A DNA stretch of 54,743 bases, counting the filler, from Basidiobolus ranarum (lineage: Eukaryota): the NCBI GenBank assembly GCA_040143965.1. It is 5 parts of 5 records of this genome, joined end to end, with 100 filler letters (N's around TTAATTAATTAA, not from the genome) between each part and the next. Parts side by side here need not be neighbours in the genome. Positions count along the whole stretch, not along the records: positions 10,980 to 21,856 come from JASJQH010000657.1; positions 21,957 to 32,827 come from JASJQH010000658.1; 3 more parts are not named here. One strand, given 5' to 3'. The notes under the pieces are model-generated. The model made no database searches. It was not told where the DNA came from and saw only the letters and a list, made by a program, of their open reading frames with translations. The position numbers and the translations under genes were made by a program. Positions 11,833 to 26,394 of the stretch are shown here, one piece after another (the stretch's first letter is position 1; each line of letters opens with the position of its first letter).

Positions 11833-14800
11833 TTATGGTCTGACTGACTTTAACCATTTGTCGGCATTCTCAAATTGAATAAACCTTGAAGTATCCAAAG
11901 ATTTCTCGGAATGCAAGGTTTTAACAGCAGCAAAAATCTAAAGTTATAAGTTAAAACAAGACACCCTAAAACAGAACCAAAAAAAGCCAATACCTGATTC
12001 CAAAAACCAAATGCACGATCTAATTCTGATTTTAAATCTAAACATGAACTAAATGTTTCGTTCAATGATATAAATATACTCGCAGCACTGTCGCCCTTTG
12101 ATTGAACTGTTCTCTCCAAAAAGCTCTTGGTGACGATACTCAATGCGGTGTTAGTGTCATGTAGAAAGGGAAGACTATTTCGAAATGAGAGAGGAATTAG
12201 TAGAGAAATCAAGTGTTTTGTTCTGTCGATTTCTTCTTACCTAAATGCAATATCCAAGTAATCTTTGCGATCCTTAGTACACTTGTTTGTTAAGAGGAGG
12301 TTCAAAGTGCTCATCTCGACCAGATTTCTCAGACTTTTAGTCAAGGTTTTGACAAATCCGTTAGTGACTAAGAGATCTCGGTTCAAACTACCAGCCCATG
12401 GTTGACTCTTGGCTTGAATCTTTAGCAAGCTAATCACCCTGCATATAAGTGAAATATTTTTCTTCTCTTCCTCTGTCCCAACATTGGAACTTCCAAAATA
12501 TGTCTTACTGTAGGCTTCACCGCGTAAAATATCGGCGCGAATCAATTCTAAAGCCAGATAAAGCTCTTCGGAGTTGCGGTTTCCTCCTTGCTTCAGTCCA
12601 TCCAAATAAGCCCGGCCATACTTGGTTAAGGTACGATTGGATTCAATAAATCTGCGTTTCCGATGAGTCAGTCAATCAGAGTGGCTATGAGACAAGAAAT
12701 TAACCGACACACATACCTACGCCTCTCTAGTAAATTGAGTAGGATACTAAGGATAATTTGATCTTTGGTCTCCAGGATCTAACGAATATATATATAGTGA
12801 GAAGGATTCATAAGCAACTAATAAGTCAAACCATGCTAGTTTTTAAAACTCTCTTACTAAGTTGGGGTTGTGGGCCTCTTGGAAACGATGTAAAGAGGTT
12901 AAAGCGAGACCAAAATCTGGGCTGGCCTGGGTTGATTTATCAACAAACTAATGTTAGATACTGTACTAGATAGTCGTAGCATAACCTACATCGGGTTCAA
13001 CTTACATCGGGATTCTTTTGCTCTTGTTGAATTATGTTTTGAGGAATCAACCATTCGTTGGTCTTCATAGCATCTTGATGATTCATGGGGTGCTCAACGT
13101 TAGGTTCAAACCAAAAGATAGAAACCTAGTCGAGACGTATCGGAAAGTCAACGTGAATTAATAGACATTTCTGTGTACAAATATTCATCATTCATTTGCC
13201 TTACCACTTTACGAGAATGATAGAATTGATGAAGAGGACCAACTAGAAGATTAAGGCTTTGCACCCGTATCTCGAGAAGTTTAGTCAGGAACTTGTGGTA
13301 CTCTATAGTCTCACCGTTACAAAGAGGTGGAAGCTCAATTAGCACGCCTGATTCCAGATTATTTATAACCTGGAGTATACTCCTATGTTAGAAATATGCA
13401 ACTGTTGAAATGTCTTATAGCAACATACTTGGGGATTGATCAGACACTGAGTGAGGTAATAATAAACTTCGTCGGGAAGACGGTAACCGATAAATTCGTG
13501 GATATCGGTAGGCGCATTCTCGGCGTTTAGAGGCTCTACATGATTATCTTGATTGAGAATTGGGTGATATTTTATGGCACAGCGAATGCGGCAATAATGG
13601 TCAACGTATTTAGTTTTGATAACCTAAAATAACCCCAATACTTAGAATCACTCCCTTGTATTCATCATATACACTCAATGATAAAACAAATACCTCGGCG
13701 TGATCAGCAAACCCTTGAACTGCATTAAAGCCAGTTTTGTACTGTTTGATCATATCAATAACCCCCTTGAAAGTGAAAGACATCATATCACTCTGAAGTG
13801 GTGGGAAAGTACTGCTATACTCGAAGCCAGCGAGAATACAAATGTCCAAGAACTGCTCGTCGTTGACTTGCAGATCTTGAAGGATTGATTTTTTACTAAC
13901 CCAGGTATAATTTCCTTTCTTTTAAAGGAGACAGCGTTAAGCTTCATCTTTGAAAACTCAATGATTTTTAGACGAGTTTAAAATTTACCTCAAGGTCCAT
14001 ACCAATGATTACTTTGTCTACGTCGTACATGAGTAATTCTGAACTTCCGTAGATTGCATGAATATATTCTTTGCTATGCTTCTCAAGGTAAACCAACTGA
14101 TTCATGATACTATACAATTAGCTTTGCTTCACGAGTTAATTTCTGATTCTACTTACTTGAGCCCAAGCTGAATACGGCGCTCTAATAAACTCAATATCGT
14201 GTGAATGCAATACTTCAAAGACTACGCTTAACAAATCTGGCTGGTAGGTGGAACCTGAGCTAATCCAACCACTCATGGCTTGATCTATCTTTCCCTTCTC
14301 ATAAGCATCCCACGCATTAGCACGCTTCTGTGGCCGGAAGTCTTCACTCGAAAAGGGTTTATCTTTACGGATTAAAGCTAATCCATTAAATACAAAAAAT
14401 GGTTGGATATTGTGAGATCTATTTTAACCCAGGAATAAACGTTTAGAATACAAGGTGATATACATGTGTTGGAAAGGTAAATAATCAATATATTGTACAT
14501 GATGTAAGAATTGATGTTGACCTACCTAAATAATTCCAGATCTCGCTCAATGGCAGCTTTCAAACCAAATGGTACACCACCCATTGCCGCAGGAGCTGCT
14601 TCGCGTACAGTAGACTGTAGCAATTTGCGTAACCAATAGGTTCCATCAATACCCAAACGAATATCCTTTAATAGTACCAATGAGGAATGTTGCAGAAGAC
14701 GACGCTCCGCGGTGAAGACTAAGAGGAATTTTCGAAACAAGCGTTTATTAGTATACATGTGGAAGCAGATTATCAAAATAACAAGGATAGTGACGGTATG

Positions 14801-14977
14801 TGCAGGTTAATAAAGTTAGCCAAGAGAGCTAATAGATAGAGTAATATTATGATTCTATATGTGCTAAGAATGGAGGGGGTATGTTATGTACATTCCTACA
14901 CTATCGATGCAGACATGACCACCTCTTATTATATAAATGTGAATGAATTACTTACTATCAAAATGTCGAACAGGCAT
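11833..14977 (-). CDS. MKT1: Mkt1-like post-transcriptional regulator (XPG/PIN-like nuclease fold), multi-exon
   Basis: Exon 1 MPVRHFD|gtaagt. Later exons read 'LKDIRLGIDGTYWLRKLL...AAMGGVPFGL', 'DICILAGFEYSSTFPPL', 'WAGSLNRDLL' and 'LPFLHDTNTALSIVTKSFL'. Last exon ends ENADKWLKSVRP*. Confidence 0.8.
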
Positions 14978-15967
14978 AATAAATACTGTCTTGACTAAAG
15001 ATAAATCTTTAGCTTATGAAGACTTCGAAAAAATAAGGAATGCAATAGTAATGCTCTAAGAAGAGGCAAAATTGTAGTGTGAAAAGGATTGAATACAATT
15101 ACTGCGTAAGCTTTCTTTACAATTCCTATTCGAAATTTTTGGTTGAATAAATGACAGCAAAATACTGATGTGATTCAGGGGAGAGGGGAACACATGGAAA
15201 TTATTAGCATGAGTGATATCTAACGGCTGTTACCAAATGAGATTACCCAATCAATTAGTAACCTATAGCATTAAAGTTGATTGACTTTGATTTGACTCTA
15301 ATTGTTGTCTTTTTCCAAGTATGTAGCCTGTACTAGCCAATAAATCCAACACCTAATCTACACATAGATAAAATATTACTACTGGTGTGGTATAAATAAA
15401 CGTTGTGCTTTGATCTTTTTTCTGTATTATTGTCGCTCGGGATACCAGTGAACTACAATATATATTCAACTATGGCATATCTCATCTTAGTTTTATTAGT
15501 GAAAAGAATAAGGATCATGATTAGAGAAAATATCATAGAAAAATTCTAGGGAAACCATTTGTGGGTGGATTTAAGATCGGGAAGCCCTTGGAAAGGTCTG
15601 GAATTTTTTAGAAATTTTCAATAGTCTTCGTTGACGTATCCTCACGCAATCGTAATCTACTCCCTTTTTCTGTTTCGTTTGAGTGACGATCAATCATGAA
15701 GGAAGCAGTTAACCGATTTACTGATTATACCCTGTTTTGTTCCAATGTGTATACGAAGTTATTGATCGATTGTGGTTGCCAATAATCGATGAGATTTGTA
15801 GAATTGCCCTTGTTAAACAGACGAAGATTCTATCTTTTTAGACAGGGGTATCACATCCTCCGCAGGCTCGAGGGTCATCCGCTCCCGATGAGTATTAAGC
15901 AAGCAAACTCATTCCCGCAAGATTTATCGTCTTTTGTGTACCTTTTCCCACTTTTGAATATTACAAT

Positions 15968-16659
<692 letters not shown>

Positions 16660-18098
16660 ATCTTCACCTTACAAATCTACTTAGTTCATCTTACCGTCAC
16701 CTTATTCTTTCTTTAACCTCTCCCCCTCATCAATTTGTTCAAATTTATGAATAGATTTTTTTCGTAAGAATATCTCCTTTCCAATCGTATGATTATATTT
16801 ATTATTCGTTTGAACAGTATTGAAAGAAACAGCTCAAAATGTAAAACTTAAATAGCGAGTCAAGTCAACAAGAAGTAATATATGTAACTATGATAAGAGC
16901 ACGTATTATTGTTGTTGATAGATGAAGTTGGCTATCCCAGATAAGGAAAAGGAATATTCCTTCCCGGAAAATTACTGCGCATTGATTCGTGGCAAGAACA
17001 ACCATATTAGCTCTGAATGTCAAGTGCTTCTTGACTCTTTAGTACAACGTTGCAATGTAATCTAGAATCATAATCTTGAAAATGGGCAGCTCCAAAACTA
17101 GACAATGGTTGCTTTTAATATTGTGGATTTCCAAAACGGGCTCTTGATGTCAAAGAATCCCAAACAGCAGCTTGTCTTCAGATGATCACAGTATTAGTCA
17201 TTTTGAGCATGTTACATGACGAGTCTCATGTTTAAGATCTTGAAGACTTTGAGCAGTTGTATATATTAGTGACTACGAGTGAAATGGATTAGAGATCGTT
17301 ACTTCAAATCCTACTAACAATCAGAAATAATCATGTGGATGTGATTCTGATCAGGGAAGCGATTTGATCCACGTTTGTGCTTCAACATTCTCAATCCATT
17401 TTATATCACACAAGGTAATGTTTGGCACCATTTTGCATGAACTGCAAGGAGAATATTGACTATCCACAAGATGCAATGCTAGTTACTAGTAGCCATTCCA
17501 GTAACACCTTTGGAAACCTCCTAAAATGAAACGACTAGCCCTGCATTACTTACCGTTGATGTGTTTGAGATAAGACTGAATCCACTTGTGCTTTGGTTGA
17601 TCAATCCAAGAGCGCCCTTTAAATAACTTCTTACCACTTTCTCAGCACAGACACATGTACATATTTTGGCGGATTCCAGTGGACTGCGCTTTCTATCTTA
17701 TATTGGATGCCTGATGTTCTGTATGAAAGCGGCAATTAAAGTCACCGCTACATTTTAGTAAGTTGTTTACTAGCTTGATACAATCATACATGCATCCCTG
17801 ACTTAATCCGCGCCACCCTACCTATATCTAGGTTGAGGTCTGAGTGCGGTAAGCGGTAGAGTAAGGTTGATAAGCATGCCTGACTTCTTTATAAATTATA
17901 TAAGCTTTGCTATTATCAATGTGAAGCGCTAACTCTTTACCTACTCTTATACTTCCTGTAGCCATTCTTATAAGTTGGCTGATTTCGCTATTTATTTCAT
18001 TTGCGTCGACGCTTATTTAACAGCTCTTATAGCAATTTTTCTCACAAGTTTATAACATTGCGCTTTTTTATATAACCAATAGAATCATATTTTTAATA

Positions 18099-18632
18099 AT
18101 GTACGGGTCAACGTTCTTTCTAGTTCTCTCCTTGCTTGGTTTGATTCCAGGAATGCTAAGTCAACTTGTAACTCCCAGTGTTAGCAGCATTAATCCACTA
18201 GTGACCACGAGACCATCATGTAGTGCATCTAATGTCATGGAACTATGTATTCATACCAATACCGAAAAGCAAGCTGGCTGTGTGACTTTCCCAGATCCTC
18301 GTCTCTGTCAGTGCCAATATCAACACGCAGTAGTTACGTGTTATGATCTTTGCAAAGGCGATATAGGGTCTACTGGAAGTCGTCCTCGAGCAGAAGGGGA
18401 TATAGTGACCTTATGTCAGGGTTATAACACCTCACAGATATTCCCCTCTCAACAATCCAACCCATTAGCACCGTCTTCCGCTATCCCTTCCTCTCCTTCG
18501 AAAGCCACTGGTGGACCCGGAGTCTCTGGTGTGTCCAATACTGCAACATCTGTATCACTTTGGACAACTGAATATTGTGTGGATTTGATAGCTATGCTGA
18601 CTCTATTCACATCATTTGTTTATCTTATATAG
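18099..18632 (+). CDS. Secreted Cys-rich, Ser/Pro-rich, probably GPI-anchored cell-surface protein
   Basis: N-terminal signal peptide, 8-Cys domain (CSAS..C..C..CQC..CYDLC..C), S/P-rich linker and hydrophobic C-terminal tail. Confidence 0.8.
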   Translation: MYGSTFFLVLSLLGLIPGMLSQLVTPSVSSINPLVTTRPSCSASNVMELCIHTNTEKQAGCVTFPDPRLCQCQYQHAVVTCYDLCKGDIGSTGSRPRAEGDIVTLCQGYNTSQIFPSQQSNPLAPSSAIPSSPSKATGGPGVSGVSNTATSVSLWTTEYCVDLIAMLTLFTSFVYLI

Positions 18633-19041
18633 TCTACATATCATCAACCATCGATATTGCGGAGTTATTGCTATTTTCGTTTCTATTCTTTGATGCAATT
18701 AACATCGGGCAAGTCACTAGATCGGTTTACAACTCATTGCCACTCTTAAATTAAATATTGTTGTATCGGTCATCGCGGCACAACTCTAGTAATAGCACTG
18801 GTTTGATTTAATAAAATAAACATCTCATCTAGACTAATGAATGATGTTTACAAAGTGGCTGAATATTAATTATCGTCAAGTATGTCGAATGGGATTTTCA
18901 ATCAATAGAATTAATACAATATATTTTTGATGCTTATATTAGTAATGGTTTAATTGCCATAGAAAGTTGTAGTCATCTTAAATAAAAAGGTGCAAGTAAC
19001 ATTTTTTATCACAATTTTTCTAACCATTCTTCTCACCTTCC

Positions 19042-19536
19042 ATGTCGTTACCCATATACGGAATTGATAAAGAGATAGCTCGAAAGATAGCTGCTAAATA
19101 CGACCCCGAGCTTGAGCGTCAAGCTCGGGTTTGGATCGAGACGGTTCTTGGTGAGCCAATGCCTTATGAGGATTTCTTTGATTCCTTACATGATGGGATT
19201 GTTTTGTGCAAGTTAGTAGATAAAGTACTCCCCGGCCAAGGAAAATATAATACTTCGAAGTTAGCTTTTAAGCAGATGGAGAATATAAACAAGTTTCTAA
19301 TTGCTGCCTCAAAACTTGGTTGTCCGTCAGGTGATTTATTCCAAACAATTGACTTATTTGAAAAGAAAAACCCAGGTCAAGTTGTAGATGGGATATTTTC
19401 CTTCGCCAGGTACGCCGTTAGAAATGGGTTGGATGCACCCTTGCTTGGCCCGAAAGTTGCTGATAAACAAAAGGTACGTTCCTTAAAATTATTTTCTTTC
19501 AAATCTTTCGCTTACCTGTATCCACTTTTACAGTAA
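19042..19536 (+). CDS. Calponin-homology domain protein (transgelin/Scp1-like)
   Basis: 'YGIDKEI..KIAAKYD', 'LHDGIVLCKL', 'FKQMENINKFL' and 'LFQTIDLFEKKN'. Probable 60-nt intron at 19474-19533. Confidence 0.9.
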   Translation: MSLPIYGIDKEIARKIAAKYDPELERQARVWIETVLGEPMPYEDFFDSLHDGIVLCKLVDKVLPGQGKYNTSKLAFKQMENINKFLIAASKLGCPSGDLFQTIDLFEKKNPGQVVDGIFSFARYAVRNGLDAPLLGPKVADKQKVRSLKLFSFKSFAYLYPLLQ

Positions 19537-21856
19537 AGGTACTAGCCACTCAAAGTTGGTCACTAGCCTAGAGAGTGAGGAATACAATCTTAGTAGAATA
19601 CCTACCTAAAACTTCACTTTCAATAGTATTCATACTTTCTCGGTTTTATGTTGACAATATACTTGACATGTTGAACAATATATTTTCCTGTATTTTATCT
19701 CGATATTTTAGACAATGTCCTCTTCCTCTTGGAATTTTGATTTTGCTTCGTATTTACTTATATCTATATGCCCATATTTAATATACATTCCTATATGGCC
19801 GTTATGGATAATACATGTTGGATTCATCAAGAGAGTACTGTTCATATTCAATACATCGAGATTCCGGATGCACTACGAATCTTCTATATTGCTAACAGTA
19901 GATTATGTTGCGTAACTTGAATACAATTCAATCGCTTATATCAACAAAGAGCAGGAACCAACAATGATGGATTCGGTATTAATTAAGATTGATTTGAGCT
20001 TAAATAGTGTATGAAAAGTGGAATGATTGATGGCATGGCAACAATGTCTAAACGACACGAGTTTTCGAATAAATGAAGTGTTTCATTGTAAATGGATGGT
20101 AACTTTACCTGACTCTTCCAAACCTCTGTACAATTACTGTTTCAAAGTAGAACCGTGATATTGAGTTTCAAGCGAATGACTTTAATAGATACCAATCCTT
20201 CATTTGCATACATCCCTATTTCCATAGGACCAACTAGAATAACATGGTGAGTGAATATTTGTCTAGTACGAACACAGTTATGGTAGACTTCGTCCCAATG
20301 GCTTTCAAGTTTGGTAAAACATCCACGAATGGATAGGCCTAAAAGAGCTAGAGGGCCTATACTGATAATGAACAGGGATGAATCTGGAAAACAATGACCG
20401 ACAAAGCCAAATTAGTGAATCGAGTTCCAGTTATAACCCCAGCTATGTAATCCACATTGCCTACTCGAGGTACTGAAGGTGATGTTAAGAATTGTGTTTA
20501 TTTACTACGTCATTTGGTCTAAGAATATCGAGCGAAAACTGAATTCAAAGCTACGCCAATCGAATAGTCACTTTATGTAGATTACGTTTTTGAGTCTATT
20601 AGGAGAGGGCTAACTTCACTGTAGACAGTGGTGAAGAGAAGAAACCCCATAAAACTCTGACAATTAGGTTTAGGCTCTGGTTATTAATGGAATTTGACTT
20701 TCCATTTGTATAGTTACACTGCATTGACGAATGCTAACATGTGCACCGCAGTCAATCCAACAAACGGGAACTAGGAGACTACTGTCAGAATTTCCGTACT
20801 GAGGATAGCTCTGATACCAAATTCAACAACGCCTAAAAGCACTTGTAGAAACAGGATAGTCAGTCATCACTCGCTTATTGAAGTAACACTTAGTCCTCAT
20901 TCCTCTCGCATTTTGTCGATCTTTCCATTCATCGATGACGTAGATGAGCCACGCGTAACATTCCCAATTTGAATAATAACCAGTTGTCATTGGTTTCGAT
21001 ACAGATCGCTTGGCACAAACGATACCATTTTTATAAACTATAAGCTACTTGTGACCATTTATCTTTATTCGTTAACAAATGAAGACTAAACTGGTATTGC
21101 GAATAAGTGACGCGTTGATCGAATATGTGATGGAAGCATCCATAGTCCAAACACTTACAAAAACTTAAGTAATCCGATATCTCCGGATTTATAATTAAGG
21201 TAGATGCTCAAATTTAGATTCATCCAGCTTTAGTGGCGCGATTAAGCGTCATTCCTTAACAAACATAGACAATAGTGGTCTTCTTGTTCCATGATAAAGC
21301 CGATAGTTGGCAGGCAACGAAGTAGAACATGTAAAGAATTCTTTCATATATCCATTTTAGCCATAGTCCATCCTTTTTTCACAGCAAATTACATCGACCT
21401 TTCTAGTTCATATCTGCTCGTTTTTAAAGACAAATGGATTTTAATTGATGTTGAGTATGGATGAATGGTGATCGTAAAGATATGGATTGCTTTATTATCT
21501 GGTTGACATGAGAAGAGTGATACAGGTTATATACATTATAGTTCGCAGATCTTGAATCTTTAATATGATGAGGCCAAAGTTCTAAAATAAAGTGGACAAG
21601 TAGATACACAGGGAAGCCGGCAAGGTCAGCAGTCATCTAAACGTTCGGCAAGCATGAGTCTCAACAGTATGTAACGATAGCGAAGAGCCAAGGCTTGGTG
21701 GTATTGCAGTTCGTCAGGTTGATTATCTCTAACAGAAGTCATATTCTGGCTGTAACTGAGTGGAACTACTGGAGACATGTCTATCACGTTATGACTTATA
21801 GCAGGCAGATGATTAGTGAGTCCTTCTATGAATGAATCTCTAGAGAATAATTGAAT

Positions 21857-21956
21857 NNNNNNNNNNNNNNNNNNNNNNNNNNNNNNNNNNNNNNNNNNNN
21901 TTAATTAATTAANNNNNNNNNNNNNNNNNNNNNNNNNNNNNNNNNNNNNNNNNNNN
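21857..21956. other. Artificial contig linker
   Basis: N run with TTAATTAATTAA. Confidence 0.98.
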
Positions 21957-22264
21957 ATCTAAACTACATACCCCCGCCACCCCCCCGGCCTCCCCCCCCA
22001 GCACCACCCCGCCCACCTATGCCACCAGTCTCACCTCCGACACCCCCACCGAACCAACCACGACCACCGCCGCGACCTCCACCACGACCACCACCGAAAC
22101 CACCGCGGGCACCACCACGGGAACCGCCACGACCACCACGAGATTCTATAAGGTAAACAATATATATCAATGATATGTTTGAATGAGAAAGTAAAAAACT
22201 TCCACTGGAATTCTTTTCAAGAATAATATTCAATAATAAAAAAAGATCACCCACCAAAAGCCAT
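21957..22264 (-). CDS. RGG/GAR-domain nucleolar protein 5' end (fibrillarin/Nop1-like, possibly Gar1), truncated by contig end
   Basis: ATG at 22264: MAF|intron|ESRGGRGGSRGGARGGFGGGRGG. The rest of the gene is missing. Confidence 0.65.
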
Positions 22265-22901
22265 TATATTATCTCAAGTTTGAAGAGAAAAGTGTAAAGG
22301 GATCTATAAAGAAGAAAAGGAACCAAAGGACTTGTTATCACAAGAAACAATTCTCTTTTGTTGTAAAAAAGGAGATAGTGAAGGGGTAGCTCACTATAGT
22401 GTAAGAAAAACCGAGTTGAAAAAAAATCTCTTCATAAACTTGGTACTTTACTAGGCGAAAAAAAAAATCCTATGGTGAAAAATTACTACTCGCTAAGAAA
22501 AAAAATCCCTTAAAGCAAAAAAAAGAAAAAAAGAATAATTCAAAAACTAGGAAAAGATTGGGAATATTGGAAAATTAACTAGTCATTCAATTCATTTGAT
22601 TATCATAACCTTTGGTCAGTGATTTTTCTCGGAACCAATGAATTTCGCGTTAAAGATTGTGCTATCCAATAATACACTTGGTAGTAAGTTTCGATTAACT
22701 GTTTATTTTTCGGGATAACTTGGATAACTTGAATATAACAAAACCAAATGCGAATGAAGGTGTATGGTTGAAGGCTGAAACACTCGAGTTACAAAGGAGG
22801 ATGGGGACCAAAGCAAACAGAACAAACTTCACATGAATGGTCAACGTGTTTCATTCTAAAAAATGTAGATATCGTTGTATATTTGCTTCCTGTATAGTCT
22901 T

Positions 22902-24675
22902 TTATTGTTGTTGGCTAGAGGGTGCATCCTCGGCAGGGTTAGGTTGACCAGGTACTGGTGGTCCTTGGGTAACCAGCTGCCAGACAGTCAGTTTCATGTC
23001 TTGGACTTGTTTGGCTTGCTCCTCTTGGATCATCTTAAGTTGCTCCTTTGCGGCTTCTTGCATAGCACCATGTTCTTGGGAGAAGGTTTGGTGGAGTTGC
23101 TTACGTTGCTCTTCTAAGTACCATACGGGGCCTTGTTCGTGCTAGAAACACAAGGAAAGTGAACATCAGTTTTAGTGTCGTCATTGAGAATATCATCAGA
23201 AGATTTCATACTTGACCACCGCCACCTAGCAGACTAGCAAGACCTTTCTTCTTGTTTTGATTTTGCTCGACCCATTGAAGGCGAATTTGTTCCTTCATTT
23301 GTTTTTCCCATTCAGAAAATTCTTCAGGAATATCCTTACCATAGTAGTTCTGACAAACTGGACGGACATCAGGAATGTCCATAAGCACCAAACCTAGTAT
23401 CAAATGTTAATTAATGTGATTGTTTAGGTGATGGTGAGAGGTAGTGTTGGTGCTTACTCTCAAGGAATGGAATCATAGACAAGAGATAATCGTCTTCAGA
23501 TTCTCCCTTCCAGGGTTTGACAGCAACAGCATTCTCGGGTTGAAGAGAGTAGGCCTTGGGGTTGGAATCCATGATGATCACCTTGGAAGGATCACGATTT
23601 AATCGACTAATATCCTGTAGTAAAAAGACTGTGAATATTGAAATGTCCCGAAAAAGGCGTGTATGATTGCTCTCAATGTACCTTCACATAGTCACCGTCA
23701 ATGTAACGAGTGGCTTCACGGTAAAGTCTATACATAATATATTGATAAGGATCGAGTTTGTCGAGGATAGGCATGGCGTTCTATTGAAGCGTGTTAGGTG
23801 AAAGAATGAGTGATGCGTGAATCAGAACACCACATACCATGGAGTTTTGTGAGGTGAAAACGATAATTTCATAGAACTGAGATAAATAAGCTAAGAAGTA
23901 ATCGACACCAGGACGCTTAGCAACTCTCCATCCATGTTCCATCTAATAGACAAGTGTGAGTTCAATGAATGGATGCCTCAACCTCAATATAATGTTACAG
24001 GTGGTGGTTCTACTTACATCCCAAGTGGAATGGATAAGCGTCTCGTCCAAATTGATAACTAAAGTATATGGACGTTGATAAGGGGCAGGAAGAGGGTCGG
24101 GTAGGAGTTGCTCCCAAGCAGGTTCACTGAAATACTTCAGTTCAAATTGTAAGTTATAAATGCAAGATAAAGACCTTCAATTGAGGTACAAACCTGAACG
24201 GTGGAATTAACACGCTCCTCAGCACGTCTCTTATACCCATCTAACAAAGACTCTCCAAGTTTCTATAAAAAGAAAGACTTAGTGGCTATTTCAAAGTAAC
24301 AGGAGAGATAACAAACAAACCTGATTCTCATCCTCTTGTTCATAAGGTCTGCCTATATAGTGTAGCAAAAAGATCATTATTGCCTGACCAATTTGCAAGT
24401 GACGTTAAATTAAAAAACCAACCAAGATAGCCGAAAACTCCACCACTGAAAGTCAAAACACCAGCGGCAATGCCTAGTCCAATGGACCAACCTTTCTCGG
24501 AGCCCTTGGGTTTGGAGGGCTTTTTGGACTTTAGGTTTTTGCTAGTTGGGTTGCCAACTTTTTGTTCCAGAATCTCCTGTGCAATGCTATTTCCGCCTTT
24601 AGGCGCTTGGGTAGTGTATTTGGCAGCAGCCAAACGGGTGCGTGATATTACTGAAGGGAATCTTCTCAGGAACAT
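22902..24675 (-). CDS. TIM50: Mitochondrial import inner membrane translocase subunit Tim50, multi-exon
   Basis: Presequence [15 protein letters not shown], one TM helix, then the NIF/FCP1-like domain '[29 protein letters not shown]', '[27 protein letters not shown]', 'YRLYREAT', '[12 protein letters not shown]'. Confidence 0.93.
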
Positions 24676-25139
24676 TGTGATAATAATACACCTGAATAAT
24701 GTACCTGAAGAGTAGTTAAAACGTTCCTCGACACCGAAAGTTAAAATTTGCGATTCTGATGGTAGAAATTTTATGGCTGATTTTGGAAAAGTGTCCAGAT
24801 CGGAAAGTAAATTTTTTATTACAATGGGATGACTTCGAATCTCCCCAGAATGTTTGGAAGACAAATTATGTGGAAAAGTGACTAGAGATATTATAGACGC
24901 ATTTACGGTGTTGCCTTTATTGATTCATTTTGGTGAATGTGAGGCGACATTTTGTTTATAATAATTTTATGATACGATGCGAAATGAAAAAATGAATGAT
25001 TCGTAACCACCAAGTCAAAAGTGGGACTGGAAGCAGTATCTATCTTGAGAAACATATTTTGAATGGAATGAGTGGCATAGGCATATGGTTAGTAGGTGTT
25101 GGTTGGTGACATGGGTTACGATAGATAGGGCTAAATGCT

Positions 25140-25919
25140 CTATGAAGTCTTTCCCTTTCTAACGTAGAATTCATAGGCAAGGGCATGGACCTCAGGAGGG
25201 AAGGGCGAGGGAATTTCCACCTTTCCAGGTTTGGAGATGGGAGTTCTCAAGAAGATTGTAGAGCAAGTATTGTAGTTGACTTCCAAATAATCGGGAAGGA
25301 ACATCCATGGCTGTTGATAATCTTTGGGGGTGAAGGTAAGTTCTTTTCCAACTGGACCAGAAAGAGTGCAAACAGCTTGTGGGTCAATGCGGATGACATC
25401 TCCGTCTTTGACTCTGTGAGAGGGATAAGGTAACTAGAGGGGTAAATTATTGTTGATTAGTTGACCGAGTTAAATAACAAGACTGTGTAACTTCGCAATT
25501 AAACATACCTTTTTCTCATTAACAAAAACGTTCCCGTGAATAATAGCTTGTCTAGCTTGGTTAATACTAGAGCAGAAGTGACTTCTGAAAATGATGAAAT
25601 CCAAACGACGTTCCATTTCCGCAAATGTCAAGGAAGCGACGGAAGGATGAGGAACACGATCGTCTCCACCCAACTTGGTATTGGCGGTAGGGAGATTGGG
25701 CTTGAACATTGTCTTCCATTGGCGTTCATTGATTACATATTGTCCATGGTAACCACGAGTGTCTTTTTTGGCCTGCCAACGTTGCTGGAAGAGAGTCTTG
25801 TTGGACATGTCCTTGGGTTTTACACCTCTTTGAACCAGGTTGTACAAGTTGTACTTGTTCCAGGACATTCTAACCAAGCCTCTGGCTGCACTGAACAAAG
25901 CCTTTCTCTTCTTTACCAT
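25140..25919 (-). CDS. NAM9: Mitochondrial ribosomal protein uS4m (Nam9-like), 1 intron
   Basis: 'VRMSWNKYNLYNL', 'TLFQQRWQAK..TRGYHG', S4 motif 'ERRLDFIIFRSHF..SINQARQAIIHGNVFVN' and exon 2 'PWMFLPDYLEVNY..C...FLRTP...EIPSPFP'. Confidence 0.9.
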
Positions 25920-26394
25920 CTTGATACTATTATGTTCCTGGAAGTAGTCAAGTAAAAGATAAAGACACAAATTTTCATTCACAAAGAAATCATATACATC
26001 AGTGACACCCCTCTGCCCAGCAATGACAGCGTCCGAAGAGAATTTTTTCGCTTTGATCAGTACCAAATTGTAAATGCTTAATATATCTCATCTTACCAAA
26101 ATACTCGTTTAAATCCATTAATATTGACTAAATTTCGGAATAATTTTGTAATTTCCATTTCGCGTATATACCACTCATATACGATTAAGAGTTAGCTTGT
26201 ACAGTAAGGGGGTATTCAATTTTATTACTGTTGATTCATTTGGTAGCCATACTAACAATAATACAAGTAAGGAAAGCAAAGAAATGCTGGTTCATGTAAA
26301 GAGAATAGTGATTGAATATGTTAGAAGAAATAGTAGCTGTAAAGTCGCACTGAATGTCATGATTGAATATCGTAAATACAAGGAATATTTGACT

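Noticed and set aside
20220-20860. Hydrophobic minus-strand fragments suggesting a membrane-protein pseudogene
   Set aside because: Multiple stops, and no identifiable family or consistent exon structure.
22400-22520. A-rich GAAAAA(A)T motifs upstream of the fibrillarin-like gene as RRPE elements
   Set aside because: Plausible for a ribosome-biogenesis gene but not distinguishable from generic poly-A promoter tracts.
24340-26066. Upstream TTG-start extensions of the TIM50 (24864) and NAM9 (26066) ORFs in the ORF track
   Set aside because: Bacterial-style start calls. The ATGs at 24675 and 25919 give the expected N-termini.
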